IMG/VR virus record: IMGVR_UViG_3300005805_000056
Span: 1-64,000 of that record
Source of the DNA: a virus
Direction: 5' to 3' (one strand)
Length of the DNA stretch: 64,000 nt
Shown: positions 46,872 to 56,066 of the stretch, in pieces
Position numbering within the stretch: position 1 is the first letter of the stretch
Layout of the letters: the number at the start of each line of letters is the position of its first letter
Program-made: the position numbers and the translations under genes
Notes under the pieces: generated by a model
Seen by the model: only the letters and a program-made list of their open reading frames with translations
Told to the model about the DNA's origin: nothing
Database searches by the model: none

Positions 46872-47330
46872 TTATTCTCGAATAGTTGCTTTTTGCTCGA
46901 TGATGGCCCTCTCAACGTCTATGACCATATGGGGTCCAATGCGCACCCGGCGTAGAGTCCAACCTTTGTCGGCTGCATTTTTGTCCTTGGCTTGGTCTCT
47001 GATTCTGTGCCTTTTGTGCATGTGGTACCTTCTTGAGTCTAGTTCGATCAGTAGACCCAAGTTTGGAACGGCAAAGTCATAGATGAATGGTCCCAGTTTG
47101 AACTCAGCTGTGGCTTCCACATTGTTTTCTTGAAGCCACATCCTGACCTCTTTCTCTGGTGGTGTCTCGTTGTTTTTACGATTCAACCGTTGAACTCTTG
47201 GTTTTGACAGGCACTCAAAACATGTAAAGATGTGCGTGTTGTATCTGTAACCCGGCTTGTGCTTACCAAGATTTGCTGCCTTGAGTTTTTTACACTGACA
47301 GCAAACATCAGGCATTCCTGGATAGATCAT
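46872..47330 (-). CDS. DUF559/Vsr-like PD-(D/E)xK endonuclease with N-terminal Zn ribbon
   Basis: CCQC...CFEC; TPPEK, FIYDFAV, LIELDSRRYH, RDQAKD...GWTLRRV. Confidence 0.8.
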   Translation of the reverse strand: MIYPGMPDVCCQCKKLKAANLGKHKPGYRYNTHIFTCFECLSKPRVQRLNRKNNETPPEKEVRMWLQENNVEATAEFKLGPFIYDFAVPNLGLLIELDSRRYHMHKRHRIRDQAKDKNAADKGWTLRRVRIGPHMVIDVERAIIEQKATIRE

Positions 47331-47608
47331 ATCTCGTCAACCAACGCAAAAATCTCTTCAACAAGCAACCATACTTCATCTGACAGTCTAACATTATGCA
47401 ACTCAAGACTTTCTGAACCTGAGAAACATTCTTTCAACCTTTCCAGATTTTCTGGGCTTCCAAATACTTTCTTGGCTATGTCCGGAGGGACATCAAACCT
47501 TGAACCGTTTTCACAGATGATGGAAATCTCTGAGCCTGATGTCATCTTTATCCCATCATCTGGATCAAGATTTTCAGCTTCCTTACGTAGTCTATTTAGT
47601 GAGAACAT
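47327..47608 (-). CDS. Acidic hypothetical protein
   Basis: ~93 aa coupled (ATGA) to the DUF559 gene. Confidence 0.5.
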   Translation of the reverse strand: MFSLNRLRKEAENLDPDDGIKMTSGSEISIICENGSRFDVPPDIAKKVFGSPENLERLKECFSGSESLELHNVRLSDEVWLLVEEIFALVDEI

Positions 47609-47617
47609 AGTTATGTT

Positions 47618-48193
47618 GTGAGATTCAATCAACGAAAAGAGTGGTTGTACGACCCTGAGATCTTCAAGCGCTATGATACTCAGACAGCCTTACGTATTCA
47701 GGCAGAATACGTGCGGAAGCATTCCCCAAGACCTTTTCCAAGGTTCATGGAAGTCAACAGAAATAACTCTCAAATCGATACTCTTTGGCACGTTCCGTTG
47801 CCCGAAAGAACCGGCTTTTCAAGACAGCTTGACATACCAGCAATAAACTATTTTGAAAAGCCGAATTGGACTCTTACAGCCCAAGGTTTGGTGCCTAAGA
47901 GGAACGATAGATTCTGGTTGGCCAATAGCATCCTATCAGAAGAGTGCATAGACTATTTTCCTGAAAGAGGAGACATGGTATTTTGGAATGGATACAGATA
48001 CGCAATAATTAACGTTGTACTGCCACCTGAAGCATACTGGCAGCAGACAAATGTGTGGTTAGGAATGTATGTTGAATGCTCAATCGTTCCAGAGGGTGAT
48101 GCAAAACCTCTTGTTAATGTCAGTTATGTTCATCCAACTGAGATGAGCCCAGCAGGCCAACTGGCTCAAGAATTTGTTAGAAAAGGTCTATGA
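47618..48193 (+). CDS. Head-closure/neck protein, T4 gp14-like
   Basis: IDTLWH, LTAQGL, FPERGDMVFWNGYRYAI..V..E.YW; ATAGTTA motif 11 nt upstream. Confidence 0.6.
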   Translation: MRFNQRKEWLYDPEIFKRYDTQTALRIQAEYVRKHSPRPFPRFMEVNRNNSQIDTLWHVPLPERTGFSRQLDIPAINYFEKPNWTLTAQGLVPKRNDRFWLANSILSEECIDYFPERGDMVFWNGYRYAIINVVLPPEAYWQQTNVWLGMYVECSIVPEGDAKPLVNVSYVHPTEMSPAGQLAQEFVRKGL

Positions 48194-48540
48194 TTGACAT
48201 GGTATCCATAGCAAATGATGCCTTGTCTGATACTTTGAACTCGGCCTCAGACTCCGAAAGAATGCTGATATCTGAGGCTCTTTTCAAAGAGTTTGTCGAC
48301 TCCACAAGAAAACTTCCTCTGTCTGATCTTGATGCCAGAGTGGCCAAGCTAAAGGAACAGATCAACAGCTTAGCCATAGACTTAAGGTTTGAAGTCAAAG
48401 TTCAAAACTCTGAGGTTGTTATTACTGCTGAAGGCTTCTCAGACGAAACCTTGTCACGATTGACTCGTGGCACAGATTGGTTTGAGGGCCGGGATATCGG
48501 GAATGATATTCTGAAATCTATGTCTGGTACTAGTAGTTAA
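48190..48540 (+). CDS. Hypothetical protein
   Basis: 116-aa coupled ORF. Confidence 0.55.
   Translation: MIDMVSIANDALSDTLNSASDSERMLISEALFKEFVDSTRKLPLSDLDARVAKLKEQINSLAIDLRFEVKVQNSEVVITAEGFSDETLSRLTRGTDWFEGRDIGNDILKSMSGTSS
48533..48539 (+). promoter_or_regulatory. Putative late promoter GTAGTTA
   Basis: 16 nt upstream of ATG 48549. Confidence 0.55.
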
Positions 48541-48548
48541 ATCGCAAC

Positions 48549-48815
48549 ATGAATGCCAAGCAAATCCTAGAGAAGGCCCTGGAGACAGTGGACCTGAAGA
48601 AGCCAAAGACCATTGTTGAGGCTGCTAACACGGCCCTTGGTCTTAACAACGTGAAGGTTGGTGGTGATGTGGCCATCATTGATGACCCCACATTCCCAAC
48701 AGCTGGTCTCAAAGGCAAAGTCAAGAAGATCGACCTTGACAGTGGACTAGCCACCGTTCAACTCCACAACGGTGACGAGGTTCCTCTTCAAGTCAATCAA
48801 CTTATTGCCCTTTAA
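48549..48815 (+). CDS. Small KOW/SH3-like protein with head-protein leader
   Basis: MNAKQILEKALE...IVE-A then VKVGGDVAIIDDPTFPTAGLKGKVKKIDLDSGLATVQL. Confidence 0.6.
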   Translation: MNAKQILEKALETVDLKKPKTIVEAANTALGLNNVKVGGDVAIIDDPTFPTAGLKGKVKKIDLDSGLATVQLHNGDEVPLQVNQLIAL

Positions 48816-48816
48816 G

Positions 48817-49686
48817 GTGAATTCTGTTCGACGCATACTGGGTGAGTTTACTGGCACTGGTTCCATGGGCGCAGTTGAAGTTGTGCCTGTCATGGTTAAC
48901 ACAGCGTCGTCTACTCATCAGCAGCCTCGTCGAAAGGTGTTACCTCATCTGAGACGTAAGCGCAAACCCGTGTCTGAAACAGTCACGGCTGATGTGGCTC
49001 CTGTGCTGGTAAATCCAGCCCCAGAGCTCATGGCCAGACTGAGAGACAGAGTCAATCCTAAGGACAGGAAGAAGTCGGCCATCGAGTCAATTCTGGGAGA
49101 GGCTGAAGACAAAAGCCTAATACCAGCCGATGCTGACCCACTTCTGACCACAAAGGAAGTTGAGGATGCAGAGAAGGTAAAGCATAACACTGTCAACTTA
49201 GACAAGGAAGACCTTCTTCAACCATCACTCGCTCTTGTCGCTCCAGACACCACTCCAAATGCGACTAAGGAACTTGATCCATCTCTAGTTCCAAATCGTG
49301 ATCCGGCTTTGTCAACCATCTTGGGTGATAAGCCGTCTGCTGGTCCAACAAACACGGTTAGGACCGAATCTTCGAAGAAGGTCGAGACTCCAAAAATACA
49401 GGAGTCAGTGATCAATGAACCGAAGAGCATTGAGGAGAGTTTGCCTTCTTTTGAAATGCCCCGTCCCCCTGGAGAGTTTCTCCGGTCGATTGGTGACATT
49501 ACAGGAGAGGGACGAGAAGAGAAGCCAAAGGTTGAGTTAGTCGTTGGCAACTCTTCAAATCCTGTCGGCGCTACAGTATCAGAAGGAATGTTAGGTGCTT
49601 CAGAGATGCCAACTCCTAAGGAGGCCAACATCGATAGAACCATGGACGCATTCCGAAGATTTCATCGAGTTAAAACACAAAAGTAA
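48817..49686 (+). CDS. Disordered acidic hypothetical protein with multiple I/L-x-E motifs
   Basis: GTG start after TAAG; RRILGE, SILGE, IQES, IEES, VSEG. Confidence 0.6.
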   Translation: MNSVRRILGEFTGTGSMGAVEVVPVMVNTASSTHQQPRRKVLPHLRRKRKPVSETVTADVAPVLVNPAPELMARLRDRVNPKDRKKSAIESILGEAEDKSLIPADADPLLTTKEVEDAEKVKHNTVNLDKEDLLQPSLALVAPDTTPNATKELDPSLVPNRDPALSTILGDKPSAGPTNTVRTESSKKVETPKIQESVINEPKSIEESLPSFEMPRPPGEFLRSIGDITGEGREEKPKVELVVGNSSNPVGATVSEGMLGASEMPTPKEANIDRTMDAFRRFHRVKTQK

Positions 49687-49700
49687 TTAGAACAGAATTT

Positions 49701-52136
49701 ATGGCTACCTCACCTACGACATTCCCGGGGTTTTATGCTTCTGTAATTGACAAGAGTTTTGCTCCTGTCACTCTCAGTCGTTTTCGTGGCGGACTCACTG
49801 GCGTTGCCAACAAGGGACCGTTCAACACTCCAACTCTGGTAAACTCTCTGACGGAGTTCGCCAACAAGTTCGGTGACTCGAATGTCACCAACGATGCTGG
49901 TTGGGCCGGTCAGTTGGCTGTGACCGCCGCTTCAGTTGCTGACTTCAGCGGCAGCAGCTTGATTGTCCGCATTGGCCATCAGTACGAGTCAACAGGCGTT
50001 GTTGACAATGCTAGCGGCGCTGCTTCTGGCACATCCACAATCACAGTCACAAATGCCAATCACTTTACTGTTGGTGATTACATCAGAATTATTGATGCTC
50101 AAGGCGAAGTTGAGACTACCTCCAACGCTGTAATCTCTAACGTTAATGTGGGTGCGGACACCATTACTATTGATACTCCTCTGCAGTACACCTACGCGAA
50201 TGGTTCAACCATCTATCGTAGCTCTCAATCTGGTGCGGCGACCTCTGCTGAAGCATTCCTCTCAGCTTTTACCTTTGTTACCAACAGAGTGGGTTCTGGT
50301 TCCTCTGCTACTGTCTCTGGAACCAAGGGTGAGTTTACCTTGGAGTGCACTGCCGACCTAAGCAAGAAGACTATCACAGCTATCAGTGCTTCAGGCGGCA
50401 CAGTGACTGCCACTACATCCTCTGCTCACAACTACGCAGTTGGTGACCAAATCAAAATCGAGAATGTTGTTGCTTCCAGTGGCAATGGTGTCTTTAACGG
50501 CACATACACACTTCTCACTGCCTCTGGTAGCACATTCACCTACGCCTCACTAACATCTTTCAGTGATACTGGCATATCAGCCACCGTTGGTGGTGTGATG
50601 ACGGCTGCTGCCCTTTCTGCCGGTGATCTTATCAAGATCAGTAACTCTACCAACCCAACAGTTGGTCTAGCGACTGATACAGGTGAAGTGCTAGTAAAAT
50701 CCGTGGTGGCCAACAATACCACTGGTGGATGCACAATCACACTGTATCCTTCAGGTGTAACCTCACTGGGTTATCAGTCTCTCCCTCTCCAAGCCAACTA
50801 CACCACCGCTCGCATCTACAAGGTCAAGCGCGCTGATGGCCTTGATAGTGGTGGCGCTTTCGACACATACAGAATTCTTCACCTGTGGGCTTCTTCTGAA
50901 GGCACCTGGGCCAACTCTGATTCAGCCACCAACTCTAACCTGGTGGTTGGTATTGGCCCTGGCTCCGCGGCTGGTTCCAAGAAGTTGCTGGTTTTCTACA
51001 ACACTGAGTTGGTTGAGACGATCGACAACCTGACGTATTTGGATTCCACAGCGGACACCTTCTTCCCAACTAAGGTCAATGCCACATCGGCTTATGTTCG
51101 CGTTGGATATGATGGCATCGCTGACGAATTCTTGGTCAATGATGTTCCTCCAGCAAACACTCTTGATGGCTGGAACATTACTAACCTCGGTGGTAAGACC
51201 AACGTTGCTAACTTCACTGGTGGCGACAATGGCGCTAACACTGAGAATTCTGACTGGGTGGGCGATCTCAATCCTACCACTGACCTCTACACTGGATTCC
51301 AGTCGTTCCGCAATGAGACTGACTACCAAGTCAACGTTCTCGCCATACCTGGTGCCACTGACACTGACTTGCAACAAAACCTTGTTCAAGTCGCTCGTGT
51401 GTTGAATGCTGTGGCCATCCTAGACGTGGCTGAAACCACTGTTCCTCGTCAGTATGCTGATTGGCGGAATGCTGCTGGTCAGTTTACCAATCGTACAAAG
51501 ATTGATGACTGGCACGGTGCGTTGTTTGCCAACTGGGTTGACATCATTGATCCGTACACCACTGAAACTCGCCGCGTTCCACCTTCAGTTGAAGTGGTTC
51601 GCTGCATGGCTCGTACGTTCAACAACGACAAGCCATGGTACGCCACTGCTGGTGAGATTCGCGGTTTCTGTGACAACGCCCAAGGCCTCCAGTTCAGAAC
51701 GATTAACTTCGCTTCTAAGACTCAAGCCTATGAGAGCAACGTCAATCTGATCGTCAGCAACAACGGACGCATTCAGATCTACGGTGACCGTACACTACAG
51801 GTCGCTGACTCGAAGCTGATGGAGCTTCATGTGGCGATCCTGGTGAACTACATTATTGCTAACATCGGTGTCATCGCTCGTCAGTTTGTTTTCGATCCGA
51901 ATGACACAGTCCTGTTGGCTCAGCTGAATCAAGCCATTACCCAGTTCATGGACGGTATACAGAATGAGCGGGGTGTTGAGCAGTACAAGCTCGTGGTTGA
52001 TGGTTCAAACAACAATGCTGAGACCCGCGCCCTTCGTGAGGTTATCATCGATCTGGGAATCGTGCCTACCAGCACGGCTGATCGGATCTTCTTGAACCTC
52101 ACTGTCAATCGCAGTGGTGCTCAGCTGAACGCCTAA
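49701..52136 (+). CDS. Contractile tail sheath protein (gp18-like) with inserted domains
   Basis: FPGFYASVID, KGPFNTPTLVNSLTEFANKFG, VPPS, PWYATAGEIRG, IYGDRTL, FVFDPND, NN...EVIIDLGIVP. Confidence 0.95.
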   Translation: MATSPTTFPGFYASVIDKSFAPVTLSRFRGGLTGVANKGPFNTPTLVNSLTEFANKFGDSNVTNDAGWAGQLAVTAASVADFSGSSLIVRIGHQYESTGVVDNASGAASGTSTITVTNANHFTVGDYIRIIDAQGEVETTSNAVISNVNVGADTITIDTPLQYTYANGSTIYRSSQSGAATSAEAFLSAFTFVTNRVGSGSSATVSGTKGEFTLECTADLSKKTITAISASGGTVTATTSSAHNYAVGDQIKIENVVASSGNGVFNGTYTLLTASGSTFTYASLTSFSDTGISATVGGVMTAAALSAGDLIKISNSTNPTVGLATDTGEVLVKSVVANNTTGGCTITLYPSGVTSLGYQSLPLQANYTTARIYKVKRADGLDSGGAFDTYRILHLWASSEGTWANSDSATNSNLVVGIGPGSAAGSKKLLVFYNTELVETIDNLTYLDSTADTFFPTKVNATSAYVRVGYDGIADEFLVNDVPPANTLDGWNITNLGGKTNVANFTGGDNGANTENSDWVGDLNPTTDLYTGFQSFRNETDYQVNVLAIPGATDTDLQQNLVQVARVLNAVAILDVAETTVPRQYADWRNAAGQFTNRTKIDDWHGALFANWVDIIDPYTTETRRVPPSVEVVRCMARTFNNDKPWYATAGEIRGFCDNAQGLQFRTINFASKTQAYESNVNLIVSNNGRIQIYGDRTLQVADSKLMELHVAILVNYIIANIGVIARQFVFDPNDTVLLAQLNQAITQFMDGIQNERGVEQYKLVVDGSNNNAETRALREVIIDLGIVPTSTADRIFLNLTVNRSGAQLNA

Positions 52137-52160
52137 TACTTAATTTAACACCTTCCTGTT

Positions 52161-52790
52161 ATGGCCAAAATGAATACAAGAAACACCTGGGGTAGCATTG
52201 CTACCACTGGTGGTACTGGCATCGATCAACAGCGCGCTGATTTGTTCAAGATCAGTCTGAATCTTCCTCCTTCCATCGGTGGCACTGGCACATGGGACGA
52301 GCAGGTTCAGTTCGCTGTGGAGTCATTCCCCTTCCCTGACATGAAGGTGCAGGGGTATGACACCAAGTACCTCAATCAGACTAACCATCAGATTGGTGCT
52401 GACAATGCTACGGGTGAGATTGTCATTCCTGTGAGATATGCTTTCTCACAGCAGACTGCTCAGATCCTCTACAAGTGGCAGTACTTGATCTCTAACCCTG
52501 TCACTGGCGGTGTCGGCCTAACATCTGCTGTTAAGTGCAACGGCGAGTTCCGCTGGTTGGTACCTGATATGGCCAAGCAGATTGCTAATGCCAATGCTCT
52601 CGGTGGCAGTGACCAGTCCGACGTTCTAAAGACGGGGTTGGTCTACAAGCTCGAAGGATGTTTCATCACTGGCCTCAAGCCGACTGACGCTGACATGAAG
52701 ACAGGCAACACGCCAGTCAATCTCAGTTTCTCACTGATGGTAGATCGTTACTACCCAATCCAGCCCAGTGGCTTGATCGTTACTCAGTAA
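52161..52790 (+). CDS. Tail tube protein (gp19-like)
   Basis: Immediately after sheath; DQQRADLF, ILYKWQ, YKLEGCFIT, LSFSLMVDRY. Confidence 0.85.
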   Translation: MAKMNTRNTWGSIATTGGTGIDQQRADLFKISLNLPPSIGGTGTWDEQVQFAVESFPFPDMKVQGYDTKYLNQTNHQIGADNATGEIVIPVRYAFSQQTAQILYKWQYLISNPVTGGVGLTSAVKCNGEFRWLVPDMAKQIANANALGGSDQSDVLKTGLVYKLEGCFITGLKPTDADMKTGNTPVNLSFSLMVDRYYPIQPSGLIVTQ

Positions 52791-52802
52791 TATCTTTACA
52801 CC

Positions 52803-52838
52803 AAAATGGCCCAGAGATCCTCTCTCTGGGCCATTTTT
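52803..52838. terminator. Bidirectional rho-independent terminator
   Basis: AAAATGGCCCAGAGA-TCCTC-TCTCTGGGCCATTTTT between convergent genes. Confidence 0.9.
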
Positions 52839-52841
52839 ATT

Positions 52842-53285
52842 TTAGTGGATGTTCAGCAACTTGAACATCTCAGTGACTTGTTGAACAGTGGCTGGATGGC
52901 TCAACTTGTGTTCGATCGGCTGATCAACACCAAAGATTCCAACGGTCAACTTGTCTCCACTCGCCGTCAGTGTAGACAATGCATTCGGCCAGATAAATGT
53001 CTTCTGGCTTGAAGACTCAATACATAGAATGGCTGTGTATGCGTCCTTAGTCGTCTCCAGGGCGATTTGTTCACCAACCCTTACGATGTTATAGCGGCTG
53101 CGAATTGACTTCTCAAACTTAGACTGCTCTTCAGCAGTAATGTCTTCGAGTTCAAGGTCATGTTGAGATGAGAAGACCTCCATGCAGTTAGGACTCGTGA
53201 CGACCCTCTTAAGGTCAGATGAGTTAACTGCCACAGTGTATTCTGACTGGGCACTCTCTAAGATAATGAAAGCTGGCTTCTTCAT
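52842..53285 (-). CDS. Hypothetical protein
   Basis: 147-aa ORF; start uncertain. Confidence 0.55.
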   Translation of the reverse strand: MKKPAFIILESAQSEYTVAVNSSDLKRVVTSPNCMEVFSSQHDLELEDITAEEQSKFEKSIRSRYNIVRVGEQIALETTKDAYTAILCIESSSQKTFIWPNALSTLTASGDKLTVGIFGVDQPIEHKLSHPATVQQVTEMFKLLNIH

Positions 53286-53607
53286 AGTAGTTGTGGATGA
53301 CTGTTAGTTTGTTGTGATGACCAACATCAATAGGTCTAGCAGCGCAGTAGTCTTTGAACTTCTGGTGCAGGTAGTCTTTGGCAGTGTCATTCTTGGGCAA
53401 TTTCTTCTTATATCGACTGATGTACTCAAGAATTACACAGCGTCCATAGACAATTTGGCTTGAGACAATTCCAACAAACCAGATGGCTGGCAGTACTGAG
53501 ACAAACCAGACACCTTTGATAAGAAGGAATGCACTTACAAATGACAGTGGACCATAGACTACTTGGCCAATTTTGTTGATCAGCCTGAGTACTGAGATTA
53601 CTTTCCT
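53224..53607 (-). CDS. Start-less membrane-protein reading frame (possible -1 frameshift extension of 53598..54101)
   Basis: Open frame RKVISVLRLINKIGQVVYGPLSFVSAFLLIKGVWFVSVLPAIWFVGIVSSQIVYGRC...IHCGS*; no ATG/GTG/TTG upstream of the hydrophobic segments. Confidence 0.5.
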   Translation of the reverse strand, partial: RKVISVLRLINKIGQVVYGPLSFVSAFLLIKGVWFVSVLPAIWFVGIVSSQIVYGRCVILEYISRYKKKLPKNDTAKDYLHQKFKDYCAARPIDVGHHNKLTVIHNYYEEASFHYLRECPVRIHCGS

Positions 53608-54101
53608 AGTTCGATGACCGTACAGTTTTTCTTCAAGGTTTCGACGGAGAGAGGTGAGTTGTCGATGGTCGAGCCGTCTTTCAGGTGCAACGTCACTGTC
53701 TTCCCGTTGAACTCGGCAATCGAGATCGCACGCAGGTTCACTCCGCTCAACGTGAATGCTGGGGTGACCAGACGTCGCTCCACCTTTTGGGTTGGACCAG
53801 CCTTGCTCGTCTGGGTCTGAGGGACCGGTGGTAGACCCTCGCTCTTATCAATCCAAGAGTGGGCCTTCTCAGTCACAATTGGCTTTTCACCCATCAGCTT
53901 GGCAAAAAGCGGAGGGAGGTAACCGTGGTTCTTGGCCACCTTAAGCAAGGTGGCCTCAATGCCACTGGAATTGGGTGAACAGAGCTTCTGAGAAGCAAGT
54001 TCAGCCACGACAGCCGACTTAGTCAGCTTGACACTCAAAGCTTTTTCCACCTTGTTAAGGGTAGAAACTGCTTGGTCTTTGTTTAGATCACTTAGTTTCA
54101 T
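53598..54101 (-). CDS. Basic hypothetical protein
   Basis: 167 aa; GGA + ATG start; TTTACA element ~35 nt upstream. Confidence 0.65.
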   Translation of the reverse strand: MKLSDLNKDQAVSTLNKVEKALSVKLTKSAVVAELASQKLCSPNSSGIEATLLKVAKNHGYLPPLFAKLMGEKPIVTEKAHSWIDKSEGLPPVPQTQTSKAGPTQKVERRLVTPAFTLSGVNLRAISIAEFNGKTVTLHLKDGSTIDNSPLSVETLKKNCTVIELGK

Positions 54102-54333
54102 TGGTTCCTTTTATTACACCTGTGCTATCCTGTAAACAAGTTTTTCTCCCCATGGTGACGTTTGACGTCGCCTTTACATCTTTATTTGTGAACTCCCAGA
54201 TCTCTCCTGAGCTGTCCAGGATCACTGTGAAGAGCTTCTCAATCTCACTGCCGTAGTCTGTCACAAGCCAGACTCGGCCACGACCTTTCGGTGTTTCAAC
54301 TTGAAGTGATTGTTGTACCTCTAGTATTGTCAT
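54088..54333 (-). CDS. Small hypothetical protein
   Basis: 81 aa, TPKGRG...DYG...GEIW; coupled to the carbamoyltransferase stop. Confidence 0.6.
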   Translation of the reverse strand: MTILEVQQSLQVETPKGRGRVWLVTDYGSEIEKLFTVILDSSGEIWEFTNKDVKATSNVTMGRKTCLQDSTGVIKGTNETK

Positions 54334-56066
54334 TGAAAGTTTCCAATGACAAGAATAGGAGCGGTCATTTGGCCATTTGAAGCCTCAACCTCTTTCAGGT
54401 TAAAGGCCATATCCTCAATGGCATCTTTAGCTGAGTAAACGATAGGAACACCATGAACATTCAGAGATGTATTGATCAACGCTGGATGTTCCGGATAGAG
54501 ACTTCTGAGGATATTCGAGATAGGCTGAATGTTGTTTGACTCAATCAGCTGAGGTCTCCCTGAGTATCCATACTTGTTGCTGAACTTTGGATAGGGGTGC
54601 ATCACACCCCTGAATCGCTCAACGTCCACAGTGGGGTGGTAGTCCAGCGTAAGGATCATGTAGTCTAGAGATCCAGCTACTCGACTGATGTCGCTGTGGT
54701 TGAAGAAAGCATGGGCATGTTGCTTCAACATCACTGGAGCCATGGGCATAACGGTGTCACGGCCATTCAGTGAATTGATAGTCGCCACATTGTCATTAAA
54801 TGGCAATGAAAGAGTTGTCGTATTGCACAAGGCTCTTGGTCCAAATTCCATCGAACCTGTGACTGTATTGACAATCTTATTTTGCTTCAGCTGAGATACA
54901 ACGAAATCAATATAGCTCTGCTTGTTGTTGAAGTAGAAGTGTCCAGGCCTGAACTCAGTTCCATTAGCACAGATAATGCCAGGAACACGAAGATCTCTGT
55001 GGCCCCACAGGAGGCTGTCCAGACCCATCACAGATCCCTCATTGTATCTCATCAAGCCAATGGCTGCACCTTGATCACCAGCAAGTGGCGTGGCACAGAA
55101 CTCACCAGGAATCTTAGATAGAATGTGGTTGTTCAGCTTGACATTGTAGTGAAGTCCTCCAGTGACAATGATGTTGTCAATTGAGAAGTCGTCGATGATG
55201 TTCGTATAGTAGTTTTCGATGATGCACTGAACGAAGTGGCCAATGATCTTACGTAGATCAGTCTTGCCAAATGCTTCCTTATTCTTGCCAGTGATCTTCT
55301 CAATCACTTCATCAAATCTAGCCCACAGCTTATTCTTTACGCTGATCAAGCGTTCTACACTGATATAGCTTGAGTTGGAGCTTGGATCAGAAGTACGTTT
55401 TTGGAATTCATCAGCCCATTTGTGGGCCTCTGTCTGAAGATTCTTGATCTCTGAGTTGGTCAGCACTTCATCAACCCAGGTCTCATATCCTAAGAATTTA
55501 TACTCATCCTGGTTTTCTTTCATGCCACAATATGAGGTGGCATACTGGTAAAGCAAGCCTAGAGAGTTTTCATAGCCATACACGCGATGGATCAGAGACA
55601 TTGTGTCTGCTGCTGCATTCCACTTGTAGATGGAGAAGACTTCTTCTTTGTTTCCAAAGCCATCAGCAACACAGATATGAATGGGGTCTAGTGCTGTGGA
55701 GTGAGCCTCATAGAAAGCTCTAGCAGCCCAAGCATGAGCATCGTGATGCGTAAACTGTGGGTTAAGAGTAACGAGTTTTAGCTTGTGAGTGCTGCAAAGT
55801 TCCTCCACAAAATGTGGGTTCCAGTGCTTGTCATTGAACCCATTCTTGTGGAAATCAAAGTCATCAAACCAGTGTGATACATAGAGATACTGGGAACCCA
55901 GGACGTTGTTCTGGTGATTCTTAAGACACTCCTCGATTGAGAGCTGAGGAAACTGAGATGAGCTCTTGATTCGATTAAGACGTTCCTCTTCATATCCAGC
56001 CACAATACGAAATTCATCCGTAGTGATAGCTGACGAGTTGTGTCCAAGCGTAAGTAGTAAGTTCAT
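54330..56066 (-). CDS. Carbamoyltransferase, NodU/CmcH family (candidate 5hmC carbamoyltransferase)
   Basis: GHNSSA, EEERLNRIK, HHDAHA, DGFG, SLGLLY, EYKFLG, GGLHYNVKLN, GDQGAAIG, EFGPRAL, NTSLNVHGVPIV. Confidence 0.93.
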   Translation of the reverse strand: MNLLLTLGHNSSAITTDEFRIVAGYEEERLNRIKSSSQFPQLSIEECLKNHQNNVLGSQYLYVSHWFDDFDFHKNGFNDKHWNPHFVEELCSTHKLKLVTLNPQFTHHDAHAWAARAFYEAHSTALDPIHICVADGFGNKEEVFSIYKWNAAADTMSLIHRVYGYENSLGLLYQYATSYCGMKENQDEYKFLGYETWVDEVLTNSEIKNLQTEAHKWADEFQKRTSDPSSNSSYISVERLISVKNKLWARFDEVIEKITGKNKEAFGKTDLRKIIGHFVQCIIENYYTNIIDDFSIDNIIVTGGLHYNVKLNNHILSKIPGEFCATPLAGDQGAAIGLMRYNEGSVMGLDSLLWGHRDLRVPGIICANGTEFRPGHFYFNNKQSYIDFVVSQLKQNKIVNTVTGSMEFGPRALCNTTTLSLPFNDNVATINSLNGRDTVMPMAPVMLKQHAHAFFNHSDISRVAGSLDYMILTLDYHPTVDVERFRGVMHPYPKFSNKYGYSGRPQLIESNNIQPISNILRSLYPEHPALINTSLNVHGVPIVYSAKDAIEDMAFNLKEVEASNGQMTAPILVIGNFQ

